From IMG/VR virus record IMGVR_UViG_3300028653_000014, positions 1-64,000 of that record: a stretch of 64,000 nt of DNA; one strand, given 5' to 3'. The notes beneath the pieces are model-generated. The model saw nothing but the letters and a program-made list of their open reading frames with translations. It was not told where the DNA came from and did no database searches. Shown here piece after piece: positions 40,065 to 48,596 of this stretch (its first letter is position 1; each line of letters opens with the position of its first letter). Source of the DNA: a virus. Made by a program: the position numbers and the translations under genes.

Positions 40065-40807
40065 TCACCTCGCGTGCGCCACCTTCGGCCCGCCAGCAGG
40101 GGCCATCATGTCGAGCAGCCCCGGCGAGACCCGTGACACCGGCTTACGCGGCTCTGTCGGGTCCGCGTTGATCTCCGCCTCCCACTGCTCGAACTGGGCC
40201 TGGTCGGAGGCACGGTCGGCGAAGTAGGCGTGCGTCACGTTCACGAGTTGCCTGACGGTCAAGTTGTCTGCTCCTCCGGCGAGTCCGTGGAGGATGAGGT
40301 ATCCGTCGAGGAGGTTCCAGTTGACGACCGCCCATCTGAAGAGCCAGCGGGCGGCACGGTAGGGCGCCGCGTCTGCGCCTCCATCATCCAGTTCACCACA
40401 TCACCGACGTCGTCGATCGTGACGGGAGGTGTCGCGTCGATCGAGCGGACCTTCGCCCACTTGTCAGCTACTTCGCCGTCACCTTCGACCGCGTCGAGGA
40501 TCACCTGGTCGAACGCCTTCATCGTCTCACCGATCGAAGCGCCCCGAACGAGCACCTTCCCGAAGAACTCGTCGCACGTACAGCCCGGGTCGCCGCACTT
40601 CCCGGCCCCCTGCTCATGCTGAACCCGCTGATGCGTGCAGCGGCACTCCGTCTTCGACTGCTGCGCCTCCTTCAACGTCTCCAACGGCACGAACACCTCC
40701 GGGTGCAGCACATCGCGCATCACGAACGTTTCGCCGCCAAGCTGGAACGTTCGGTCCTCCACCGGCAGCGACGGCCTCGCCGTGCGTGCCTCATCGAAGT
40801 TCTTCAC
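40065..40807 (-). CDS. tail assembly chaperone pair (40259-40807 plus -1 frameshift extension to 40065)
   Basis: Lies before the tape measure; the -1 frame reads PYRAARWLFRWAVVNWNLLDGYLILHG from CGC CCT ACC at 40358-40366. Confidence 0.7.
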
Positions 40808-40832
40808 AGGCTTTCCTTTCCGTGCGTAGACA

Positions 40833-42257
40833 TCAAGTGGTCCTCGCCGCCTCCAAAGCCGGAAGTAGAAACGGCCTCGGAGCCGTGCGTTTATTCCCCA
40901 CCCAGCCGACACCGCCCCCGCGCTTCGGATAAGCATGGGCCGTATTTCCATGCCCGAGTTCGACGTACGAGTTGCTCACCACCACGCCGTTCGCCAAAAA
41001 CGAGTGAACGCCGTTTACGGCGAGGTCGTACAGGCTGGCGTGCCATGTCCCCTTTGACTTCGCCGCCTCGTCTCCGTAACGCCATGTCCTCAGAATGGTG
41101 GCCGGGACGACGCGGAATCTTTCAGGATCGACATATGACTTCGGGCCTGGGTTGCACACGACATAGCGAACGCCCGCTAGAGGCTCTGGATCAATCGGCT
41201 CGAACGGCGGACGTGCCTTGTCGTAGAAATGAATGTGCGTGATCTCCACGCCGGGACAGAGGCGCAGGAGTTCTCGATCGCGCTCGATGTCTTTCTTCTG
41301 ATCACGGTGCCAGTAGCCGCCGTCGGCCTCGATGATCTCGCGGCGCTCTGCATCGAAGAAGTCAACGATGTAGTCACCAATCGGCACCTGGCGCTCGTAG
41401 TTCACTCCACGCTCATCAAGCCATGCGGCGACCTCGTACTCAGGTCGCGTCTCATGTCCCAACGCGGAAAGCTGTCTGTTCAGCCTGGCGCCCTGCTGAC
41501 TTCGCTTCGCCGCCTCGGAAATCTTCTGGCGCGTAGCGTCAGAGCGGATGGCCCCAAGATGCGGATTCGCCCCGGCCGCCCATGCCTCATCCCGGCAGGC
41601 GGTGGAGCAATACCGCTTTCCTTGATTACGATGTGCGTCGAGGCAGTGATCGCACGTCTTTAGCAGTGCTGTTCCCTTGTTGTGAGCGAGTTTGCGCGTG
41701 GAATACAGCATGTCTCCATCGCGCAGGTCACCCGCGAAGATCCACTGATTACGCTCATCGCGCAGAACGAGAACGCGGTGATCGAGCGTCAGAGTGACTT
41801 GGTGAGTTCGATCTGATCTCCACGGCACTTCGATATCGATGAGTTCTGGCTTCTCGACTGCCGGAAAAGACCACTTCCCGACGATCGGCTGGAAGTCTCC
41901 AGCCTGAGTGAGGACCTCTTCGCCTATCTCGATCTGACCGATAGTCCGCGGACCAGTTCTAGTCGTGATCACAGTGTGCGCGTCGAAGACGCAGGCGTAA
42001 CTGACGTTCGAGCCGATGTCGACATACGGGCCTTGCGAGTCGGCGCCTACCCGGTAGCCGATCGACGAACGGAGACGGCCGGTGATGACGTTCGGCCCCG
42101 GCCGCCCCGTCGCGTTCGTCTTCGCGGCAGCCTCAACCCGGACGGCGCGCTTCACCAAGTCGACCACGATCGCTTCGTTGAGCACCCGTGTGAACGCGGC
42201 AGCGTCGATCTGGAACTGGCCGAGCGTCGCCTGAATCTGGACATCGAGGACGCTCAC
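40833..42257 (-). CDS. HK97 gp10-like neck/tail protein containing an intein
   Basis: AK.NA..P.V.TGRLRSSI..IGSNVSYA|...|SYVELG..APRPFLLPAL. Confidence 0.85.
   Translation of the reverse strand: MSVLDVQIQATLGQFQIDAAAFTRVLNEAIVVDLVKRAVRVEAAAKTNATGRPGPNVITGRLRSSIGYRVGADSQGPYVDIGSNVSYACVFDAHTVITTRTGPRTIGQIEIGEEVLTQAGDFQPIVGKWSFPAVEKPELIDIEVPWRSDRTHQVTLTLDHRVLVLRDERNQWIFAGDLRDGDMLYSTRKLAHNKGTALLKTCDHCLDAHRNQGKRYCSTACRDEAWAAGANPHLGAIRSDATRQKISEAAKRSQQGARLNRQLSALGHETRPEYEVAAWLDERGVNYERQVPIGDYIVDFFDAERREIIEADGGYWHRDQKKDIERDRELLRLCPGVEITHIHFYDKARPPFEPIDPEPLAGVRYVVCNPGPKSYVDPERFRVVPATILRTWRYGDEAAKSKGTWHASLYDLAVNGVHSFLANGVVVSNSYVELGHGNTAHAYPKRGGGVGWVGNKRTAPRPFLLPALEAARTT
40971..41993 (-). mobile_element. 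intein (341 aa) with DUF559/Vsr-like endonuclease
   Basis: CVFDAHTVI block A, TLDH block B, LYDLAV..HSFLANGVVVSN/S end; E...RQVPI..YIVDF..IIEADGGYWH. Confidence 0.88.
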
Positions 42258-42790
42258 GAATAGCCACCCAACTGAATCCTTATTGGTATGGACCAGCCCG
42301 CCACGCCGCCCTGTGACTGCACCGGGATGGCCGGGTCGAACTGGAACTCACGCCGGTTCGACTGCGACGCGAACAGCAGGCCCGCCCGGAACTGGTTCTT
42401 CAGATAGTTCCAGACACCCCACAGGTCCGCGTAGCAGATGGCTGCGGCAGCCGAGATTTTGTCGGTCGACGGGAGCAGCAGGTTCTGGCCGTCGTCTTCG
42501 ATGCCCGGGACGCACCGGAGCACGACCGCAGTCAGCGCGATCAGGTCGACCTGGCCGGTGGTCGAGATCCGCTGCATCGGCTGGAGCGGCGGCTGCAACG
42601 GGTACGTGTCCGCGACGTTAGCGGCACCCACGTACACGAGCAGAGACGACGACGCACAGTCGAACGAGGGCGGACCCGGCCAGATGGCCTGGTAGTCAGG
42701 TTCACCACCGGGCGTCAACGCCAGCCCGGCCGCGCACGCGACGAGATACTCAGACGCGAGCGCGTAGAGTGCCTCAGGCCCGCTAGACAC
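42254..42790 (-). CDS. tail terminator/neck protein
   Basis: PG.PSFDC, V.VLRCVP, QGG.AGW motifs; position in the neck module. Confidence 0.65.
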   Translation of the reverse strand: MSSGPEALYALASEYLVACAAGLALTPGGEPDYQAIWPGPPSFDCASSSLLVYVGAANVADTYPLQPPLQPMQRISTTGQVDLIALTAVVLRCVPGIEDDGQNLLLPSTDKISAAAAICYADLWGVWNYLKNQFRAGLLFASQSNRREFQFDPAIPVQSQGGVAGWSIPIRIQLGGYS

Positions 42791-43140
42791 GCGCCGCCCC
42801 CTCTCTGAGGGTTTCTACTCGCCCTGGTCGGGCAAGAGCGCCAGCAGGCTTAGGGCGCGTCCTGACGCTACCCACACGGCACCTGGGTACCCGGGCGCGC
42901 GGCGCACGACACGACCATGCGGCCTGTGACGTCTGAGGCAGCCAGCGGGCCGGTTGGACAGCCGCGAAGCGGAGCCGGTTCAGATGCTTCCGTGAGCAGA
43001 GAGCCGCACGAGCGTCGCGGCGCAGCCGTGTCGCGTCGACCCCGGCGCTGCCCTGTCGCATCAGCACCCCCAGATACGCCGCCTGCGCCTCACCCGTCAG
43101 AGCACCATCCACATCGAGAAGGCTACAACGGCGCTAGAAC

Positions 43141-43172
43141 GAACCAAGGGCCACCGAAGTGGCCCCTGGTTC
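43141..43172 (-). terminator. hairpin with cUUCGg tetraloop
   Basis: Minus strand GAACCAGGGGCCAC-TTCG-GTGGCCCTTGGTTC. Confidence 0.6.
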
Positions 43173-43317
43173 ACCTATGCGCGAAGGGAGACATGCGATC
43201 CCTTCACGGGATAGACTACTACACCGGGTAACGCGCGCGTGACTTAGCGGAACGCAGTAGATTGCGGCTATCGCCGCTGAGACTAGATACCTCGGCCCGA
43301 ACCTATCTGGCTTCTGC

Positions 43318-44220
43318 ATGTGCGGATGCGGTCAGAAGACCAATCTCGCCCGGTACAACGATCACGAGAAGGGGTATGTGCTCGGTCAGCCGATGCGCTA
43401 TCGCCTCGGCCACGCCTTGGCGCGCACGCCGGTTATGCCGCTCGTGGCTCCTAATCCGTCCGGCTATTGCGAATGCGGATGCGGCGCAAGCACGCCCGCG
43501 GCGAAGAGAACCAATCGTCAGTTCGGACATCTAAAGGGACACCCCGTCCGCTTCATAGCAGGTCATCAACTCAGGAATCTCTGGGAGCCGTCCCAAAATC
43601 TCACTGCTCTCTGTGCTTGCGGGTGCGGTGGTCGGACGCGTTCAGTGAAATGGGGGAACGCCTCCAAAGGGCTTTCCCGCGGTCAGGCTCAGAAGTTCAT
43701 CCGCGGCCATCAACAGCGGAAACCAGTCGCAATCCAGGAAGACGAATATCTAGTCGCCGATCTCGGCTTCGACACTCCATGTTGGGTCTATCTCGGCCTG
43801 CTCGACCCGAAGGGCTACGGCATTCGGCACCGAACCGGAACGGGCACCGCACGTGCTCACCGTCAGTCGTACACGGAGTTCGTTGGTCCTATCCCATCAG
43901 GGAAGTCAATCCATCATCGTTGTCGTCACCCCGCGTGCATCAACCCAACGCATCTCGAAGCCATGCCAGTCTCCGAGAACACCGAACTCACACGAGGAAC
44001 TCGACCGCCCCGCGCTGTCCGTCTACGTGTCTTTGAACGAGACGGTCACCGTTGCCGACGATGCGGTGTGACGAAGGAACTCAGCATCGACCACATCGTG
44101 CCGCTCTGTCGCGATGGCACCCACGACGAGGCGAATCTTCAGACTCTCTGCCGCTCATGCAACAGCAAAAAGGGCCGCTACTACTTCCTCGACGAACGCC
44201 TCGCTACAGCAACCCTCTAA
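43318..44220 (+). CDS. free-standing endonuclease with three CxCGCG repeats and two HNH cores
   Basis: IHHRCRHPACINPTHL and SIDHIVP..NLQTLCRSCNSKK; antisense to the late operon. Confidence 0.88.
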   Translation: MCGCGQKTNLARYNDHEKGYVLGQPMRYRLGHALARTPVMPLVAPNPSGYCECGCGASTPAAKRTNRQFGHLKGHPVRFIAGHQLRNLWEPSQNLTALCACGCGGRTRSVKWGNASKGLSRGQAQKFIRGHQQRKPVAIQEDEYLVADLGFDTPCWVYLGLLDPKGYGIRHRTGTGTARAHRQSYTEFVGPIPSGKSIHHRCRHPACINPTHLEAMPVSENTELTRGTRPPRAVRLRVFERDGHRCRRCGVTKELSIDHIVPLCRDGTHDEANLQTLCRSCNSKKGRYYFLDERLATATL

Positions 44221-45401
44221 GACGAGTAGTCGGTACCAACGGCGCGAGCGAAAGTCTGCAAGTCAGGCGAGAAAACGGCCCCTTGACGACCTCGTCGCTG
44301 TCCCCCGGCGTATGCCTGCAAGAAAAGATCGGTGCTGACCAGACCAGTTGCCTTCGTTGGGTCAGCCCAATTTTGGACGAGACCTCTGTCAACTTCTATT
44401 CCTTGCCGCACGACACGGGTGGCGCCCGCGGGCAGCAGACAGTCCTTCCCGTTGCAGGCCAGCCACAACTGGTTCGCGATCTCGGTCGCGGCAGCACGGC
44501 CCAACTGGGGCGGGTCGATGCCCCACTGGTACTGGATCGAGAACGTGCCCGGCTGGTCGTCGTCCAAACTCATGTCCTGGCAGCCGGGCCACCAGTTCGG
44601 CTCTGACGGGTCCCCGGGCGTGTCCATCCGCACGAGTTGCCGCCACTTGTCGAGCCGCCAGTTCCGGGCGCCCGTGTCAGGGTCGAACTCCAGCAGCGGC
44701 ACCCCGCCGATCAGCACATCCAGGATCTTCCTCACCGGGTAGCCGCCGAGCCGGACGATCGACATCGGCGCGCACCCGAACTTGTCGCCGACCTCGTTGT
44801 ACCAGGCCCAGCCGCCACCGCCGCCCCACGGCGCCGTCTGCCAGTACCACGGCCCCCACCCGTACGAGACAGGCCCCGTGAGCCAGCAGCCGCACGCCTG
44901 GCTGCACGGACGCACCTTCCGCTGACACAGACCAGGGAAGCGGCGTCCTGAAATCTCGTAGAGCGCCATCGACGCCTCGAACGCGACCGTGTCGAACGCG
45001 GCCGGGTTGGAACCGTAGTTGAACTGCACACAGGCGGCGACGTCCTCCCCTGTGATCCAACTGAAGCACGGCCCCAACGTCGGGCCGTCAGGGACGCTCC
45101 CGGGAGGGTCGACCGCGGACGGGATCACGAACACCGTCCCGTAGATCGTCTCCGTCACCGTCGACCCCTGATACCCCGTCGACCGCCACCGGTACTCGCC
45201 GATCAGGGCAGGCACCCCGAGCGCGCACTCCCAATAGTCCGGCGCCGGGTTCGTCACCGCCGCATCGACGCCCGACGTGAACGTCAGCACCGTCTTGTCC
45301 GGCTGCTCCAACTGGAACACAACCTCGGACGGGGACGGCTCCCCCTCCTGCCCGAACGTGGCGTCAAGAACGACCGGGTTGCCTTCGGTGACGGTACTCA
45401 T
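44217..45401 (-). CDS. head-tail adaptor with N-terminal Ig-like domain
   Basis: AS..LY..SGRRFPG.C...VRP, WPGCQD, G.DPP..G..AA..A, LP.....V.RQG motifs. Confidence 0.75.
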   Translation of the reverse strand: MSTVTEGNPVVLDATFGQEGEPSPSEVVFQLEQPDKTVLTFTSGVDAAVTNPAPDYWECALGVPALIGEYRWRSTGYQGSTVTETIYGTVFVIPSAVDPPGSVPDGPTLGPCFSWITGEDVAACVQFNYGSNPAAFDTVAFEASMALYEISGRRFPGLCQRKVRPCSQACGCWLTGPVSYGWGPWYWQTAPWGGGGGWAWYNEVGDKFGCAPMSIVRLGGYPVRKILDVLIGGVPLLEFDPDTGARNWRLDKWRQLVRMDTPGDPSEPNWWPGCQDMSLDDDQPGTFSIQYQWGIDPPQLGRAAATEIANQLWLACNGKDCLLPAGATRVVRQGIEVDRGLVQNWADPTKATGLVSTDLFLQAYAGGQRRGRQGAVFSPDLQTFARAVGTDYSS

Positions 45402-45426
45402 CGACGCCTCATTCTAAGCGGGGTTG

Positions 45427-45459
45427 TGCGGCCGGGGCGCCTGTGAAGCCCCGGCCGCA
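45427..45459. terminator. hairpin downstream of the major tail/HNH genes
   Basis: TGCGGCCGGGGC-loop-GCCCCGGCCGCA. Confidence 0.6.
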
Positions 45460-45473
45460 TCCTTAGTCAGTGA

Positions 45474-45881
45474 CTACCGGCCGAGATGCAGGAGTCTGTG
45501 ATGCCGGATGCAAAGCCAGCGAACGTCGAGCGGCTTCGAGTAATCATCGTGATGCGCGTGAATCCTTCCAGAGCAGTCGTCGGACTCTCGCTCACATGGC
45601 TGAGGAACAAGATCACCGCGCGCAACGGCATTGAGCACGCGACTTCTAGCAACGATCTTTTCCGGCTCCCGCTTCTTACGTTCCAGCTTCTTCTGCGCCC
45701 ACTCGTCGGAGTGACGGTGATAGGACGCTCGTGCTGCCGCCCGGTGCTGATCTCGATGCCCGACGACCCACTTGTGGTGACGTGCAGCATTCGCTTCCCG
45801 ACACTTTTCACACCTGCATTTGTGTCGTTCGTAGAAGTTGCGCGTACCGTGTCGTGGGTCGTCGGGGTCAAAATCGGTCAC
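45474..45881 (-). CDS. HNH-like endonuclease
   Basis: HGT..Y..HKCRCEKC; NAVARG.L..PCE..IHAHHDDYSKPLDVRWLC..HH. Confidence 0.8.
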   Translation of the reverse strand: MTDFDPDDPRHGTRNFYERHKCRCEKCREANAARHHKWVVGHRDQHRAAARASYHRHSDEWAQKKLERKKREPEKIVARSRVLNAVARGDLVPQPCERESDDCSGRIHAHHDDYSKPLDVRWLCIRHHRLLHLGR

Positions 45882-45890
45882 ACCCTCACT

Positions 45891-46538
45891 TTACGTAATT
45901 GGAGCGCTTTGGTACCCGCAGACAGCCGTCGGGACGGCCGTGTCGTAGAACCAGGCACCGTTCGGCTGGATCGCCTCCGGCACGTCCGCGTAAATCCCCA
46001 TCCCCCAGTTGCCGTTCGCGACGGTGAAGCCAGTGAACTTCGGCTGAGAGAAGTCGTTCTGGGCCGTGTCCGCGCCGCGCTGCCAGCGAGACGACGGGAA
46101 CACGTAACGGCGATACGGGTACGGCGCCGACGGCTCGTGGTCGCAGTCCCACAGATCCTGCCACGCCTCGAACGCCGCGTACGGCTGCTGAGAGCCGCAA
46201 GGCACCTTGAACTGCACGCCGATCGGGAACCCGCCACCGTCGGTGATGACCGGTGCGCCCGTCAGCAACTCCTCCAGGCCCGGCTCCAGCACGCCCTGGT
46301 CGAGTTCGAGGTTGAACCGCTTCAGGATGTCCTGACCCCGGTACGTGTTCAGAAGCTGGTCGCAGCCGCCCTTCTGGTCCTTCACCTCGCCCGCCAGCAC
46401 GTCAGGCGTGATCGTCAACTGGATCGGCTTGTCGCTGACGTAGAGGTTGTTCGGTCCCGCGATGGGGTTGCCGAGCGCATCCACGCGAGTCGCCCGGATG
46501 TAGCAAAGATGGATCGCTCCATCACAGATTGCAGGCAT
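45891..46538 (-). CDS. major tail tube protein
   Basis: RATRVD..G.P..G, AFEAW, Y..YVFP, F.G....N.NWG.G; GAGGGG SD; very high GC3. Confidence 0.8.
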   Translation of the reverse strand: MPAICDGAIHLCYIRATRVDALGNPIAGPNNLYVSDKPIQLTITPDVLAGEVKDQKGGCDQLLNTYRGQDILKRFNLELDQGVLEPGLEELLTGAPVITDGGGFPIGVQFKVPCGSQQPYAAFEAWQDLWDCDHEPSAPYPYRRYVFPSSRWQRGADTAQNDFSQPKFTGFTVANGNWGMGIYADVPEAIQPNGAWFYDTAVPTAVCGYQSAPIT

Positions 46539-46576
46539 GTTCTAGTCCCCCTCTCGGGATGTCGTTTGGTCTCTCA

Positions 46577-47623
46577 TCAGGAACCCGTGTTGCAGTCCGT
46601 AGAGCAACGATCCACCAGGACGGCCGCTTGTAACACGACGTCCCACACCGCCGAGTAGTAGCGTTCGGCCCGGTAGGTGAACGTGTTCGGGCGGCCATTC
46701 GTGGCGCCACTTGATGTGCCGCGGTCGAGCGCCTCCGTGCGGGTGTCCGGTGTCGTGAAGATGTCAGAGCGGCGCAGATCGACCGGGCCTGTCGCGTACG
46801 CCCACTCCTCAGTCGGGCCGGGTGTCGGATGACCGACAGGGGTCGACACGCCGACATAGCCGCCATCGGGGATGACCACGTTCCCGTTGATCGTCCGGAT
46901 GACCCCGGTCTTGTCCTGGATCACGAAGCCGGTGCCCAGGAGGGCGGTCGCCATCATCGGGGAGCAGTGGATAACCCCGAGCGAACCCGTCAGGCCGATC
47001 GCGGCCTCCAGAATCTGCAGTGCATGGTTCGGTCTCGTCGCGACGTTGCCGTTCGGGAACGTCCCCATCCCGTCCGCCAGATACGGCTGCGAGGACAGGG
47101 TCGCGCCCGACATGAACTCGCGCGCGACCGCGAACGACTCCTTCGCCGCTATCGCGACGACCGCGCGGGCACGGAACGCCGCCTCGTCCGGCACCTGCTG
47201 CGACGTACACGTGATCGACTGGACGACCGTCAGCGTGTTGAACTCCGGCGGGGTCGCGTTCGAGCCGAACGACTTCTGTACCGGGTGCGCGGCACACGCG
47301 TCCCACACCGACGGGGCATCCTCCGGGTACGGGTACACCGCGACACCGTTCAGCCAGCGTTCGCGGCCCGCGAGATCCGGCACATACACCTGCTCGTCCG
47401 GCGCGCTCGGAACCCGCAGCCAGATCGACCCGTCGGCTTTGCGATACAGGCCCGGCTCCAGAGAGCCGTCCTGGCCGATCGTTGAGTCGTCCACCGGGCC
47501 GATCGTCGTGTCGACGACGATCCTCACACCCGCCGCATCCGACGCCGCCGCCGGGACAAGCCCATGTACTGGCGGAATCGGTAGGGGGCCATCTACGCGC
47601 CAGGTCGGGAAGTTCGCGTTCAC
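46577..47623 (-). CDS. minor capsid/head decoration protein
   Basis: W.NGV..P, ...T..GN.V...GGY, W.YATGPV..R, N.....AER motifs; follows the capsid gene. Confidence 0.7.
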   Translation of the reverse strand: MNANFPTWRVDGPLPIPPVHGLVPAAASDAAGVRIVVDTTIGPVDDSTIGQDGSLEPGLYRKADGSIWLRVPSAPDEQVYVPDLAGRERWLNGVAVYPYPEDAPSVWDACAAHPVQKSFGSNATPPEFNTLTVVQSITCTSQQVPDEAAFRARAVVAIAAKESFAVAREFMSGATLSSQPYLADGMGTFPNGNVATRPNHALQILEAAIGLTGSLGVIHCSPMMATALLGTGFVIQDKTGVIRTINGNVVIPDGGYVGVSTPVGHPTPGPTEEWAYATGPVDLRRSDIFTTPDTRTEALDRGTSSGATNGRPNTFTYRAERYYSAVWDVVLQAAVLVDRCSTDCNTGS

Positions 47624-47643
47624 GCCGCCCCCCTAAATGAGGT

Positions 47644-47676
47644 AAAATAAATGCCGGGACGTATCCGCGTCCCGGC
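47644..47676 (-). terminator. intrinsic terminator downstream of the capsid gene
   Basis: GCCGGGAC-loop-GTCCCGGC followed by ATTTATTTT on the minus strand. Confidence 0.65.
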
Positions 47677-47709
47677 CCTCAACTGGGCCACATCAACCAG
47701 GGAGAAGAC

Positions 47710-48486
47710 GTGACCAGCAGCGAGCTTTGCACCTGCACCCTTTGCACGGCAGGCGAGCCTGTTCCGTACGGCACCTGCCACTGCGCGTGCGGCGAGAAAA
47801 CGAACCCGGCGCCGTTCACGAACCCCGCCAGGGACTACGTGAAGGGCGAGCCGGTGAAGTACGTCAAGGGCCACGGCTCCCGCTCGAAGGACTGGAAGAA
47901 GCGTTGGAACAGCGAGGGACCAAACCCATCCGGCATCTGCCAGTACAACGGCTGCGATCAGCCGACCCTGCTCTCCGCGAACACCGTGTGGCATCTCGGG
48001 ATCATCCGAGGAGAGCCGCTCCGTATGTGCCCTAAACACAAGCACCCCGGACGGAAGAAGGCCACTCTCACCTTCGACATTGAGGATCGTGGATACATCA
48101 GCGACGAAGGGGTGGCTAGCGACTGCCACATCTTCAATCGTGACGCCCGCGACGGGAAGAACGGCGTATACGGAGTCATCGGCGGAAAGTCGCGGCTCGC
48201 CCATATCGTCGCATGGGAAGCGCTCAACGGCGCTCTGCCGCGCGGTCTCACCCTCGACCATCTCTGCGAGATCAAACTCTGCGTCAACCCCGATCATCTC
48301 CGCCTCTCCACTAGAGCGGTACACGCCAAGCGGCACGCTGACCTGCGGATTGACAAGAACGTGATCTCGGCTATCCGCGACGCCCTGCGTACAAGTGATC
48401 TCACTCAGAAGCAGATCGCCGCGAAGTTCGGCGTCAGCCTCAGCTACGTGGGCAGAGTCCGCTCCGCCATGAAGCGCGAGTCCTAG
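47710..48486 (+). CDS. free-standing HNH endonuclease with C-terminal HTH
   Basis: AHIVAWE..LDHLCEIKLCVNPDHL; TQKQIAAKFGVS; antisense to the late operon. Confidence 0.88.
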   Translation: MTSSELCTCTLCTAGEPVPYGTCHCACGEKTNPAPFTNPARDYVKGEPVKYVKGHGSRSKDWKKRWNSEGPNPSGICQYNGCDQPTLLSANTVWHLGIIRGEPLRMCPKHKHPGRKKATLTFDIEDRGYISDEGVASDCHIFNRDARDGKNGVYGVIGGKSRLAHIVAWEALNGALPRGLTLDHLCEIKLCVNPDHLRLSTRAVHAKRHADLRIDKNVISAIRDALRTSDLTQKQIAAKFGVSLSYVGRVRSAMKRES

Positions 48487-48596
48487 ACTCCCACCGCCAA
48501 GAGCGACCGAGCGGTCGTGCCCTCCCGCCGATAAAGGCTGGAAGGCACGACCGCTTTTCTCTTCCGTAATACTCACTGAGATTAATCAGTCAGTAA

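Noticed and set aside
42791-43140. Structured ncRNA or group I intron in the neck region
   Set aside because: No intron core motifs recognised; a TAGCCT -10 with GTG at 43112 suggests a small, probably frameshifted gene instead
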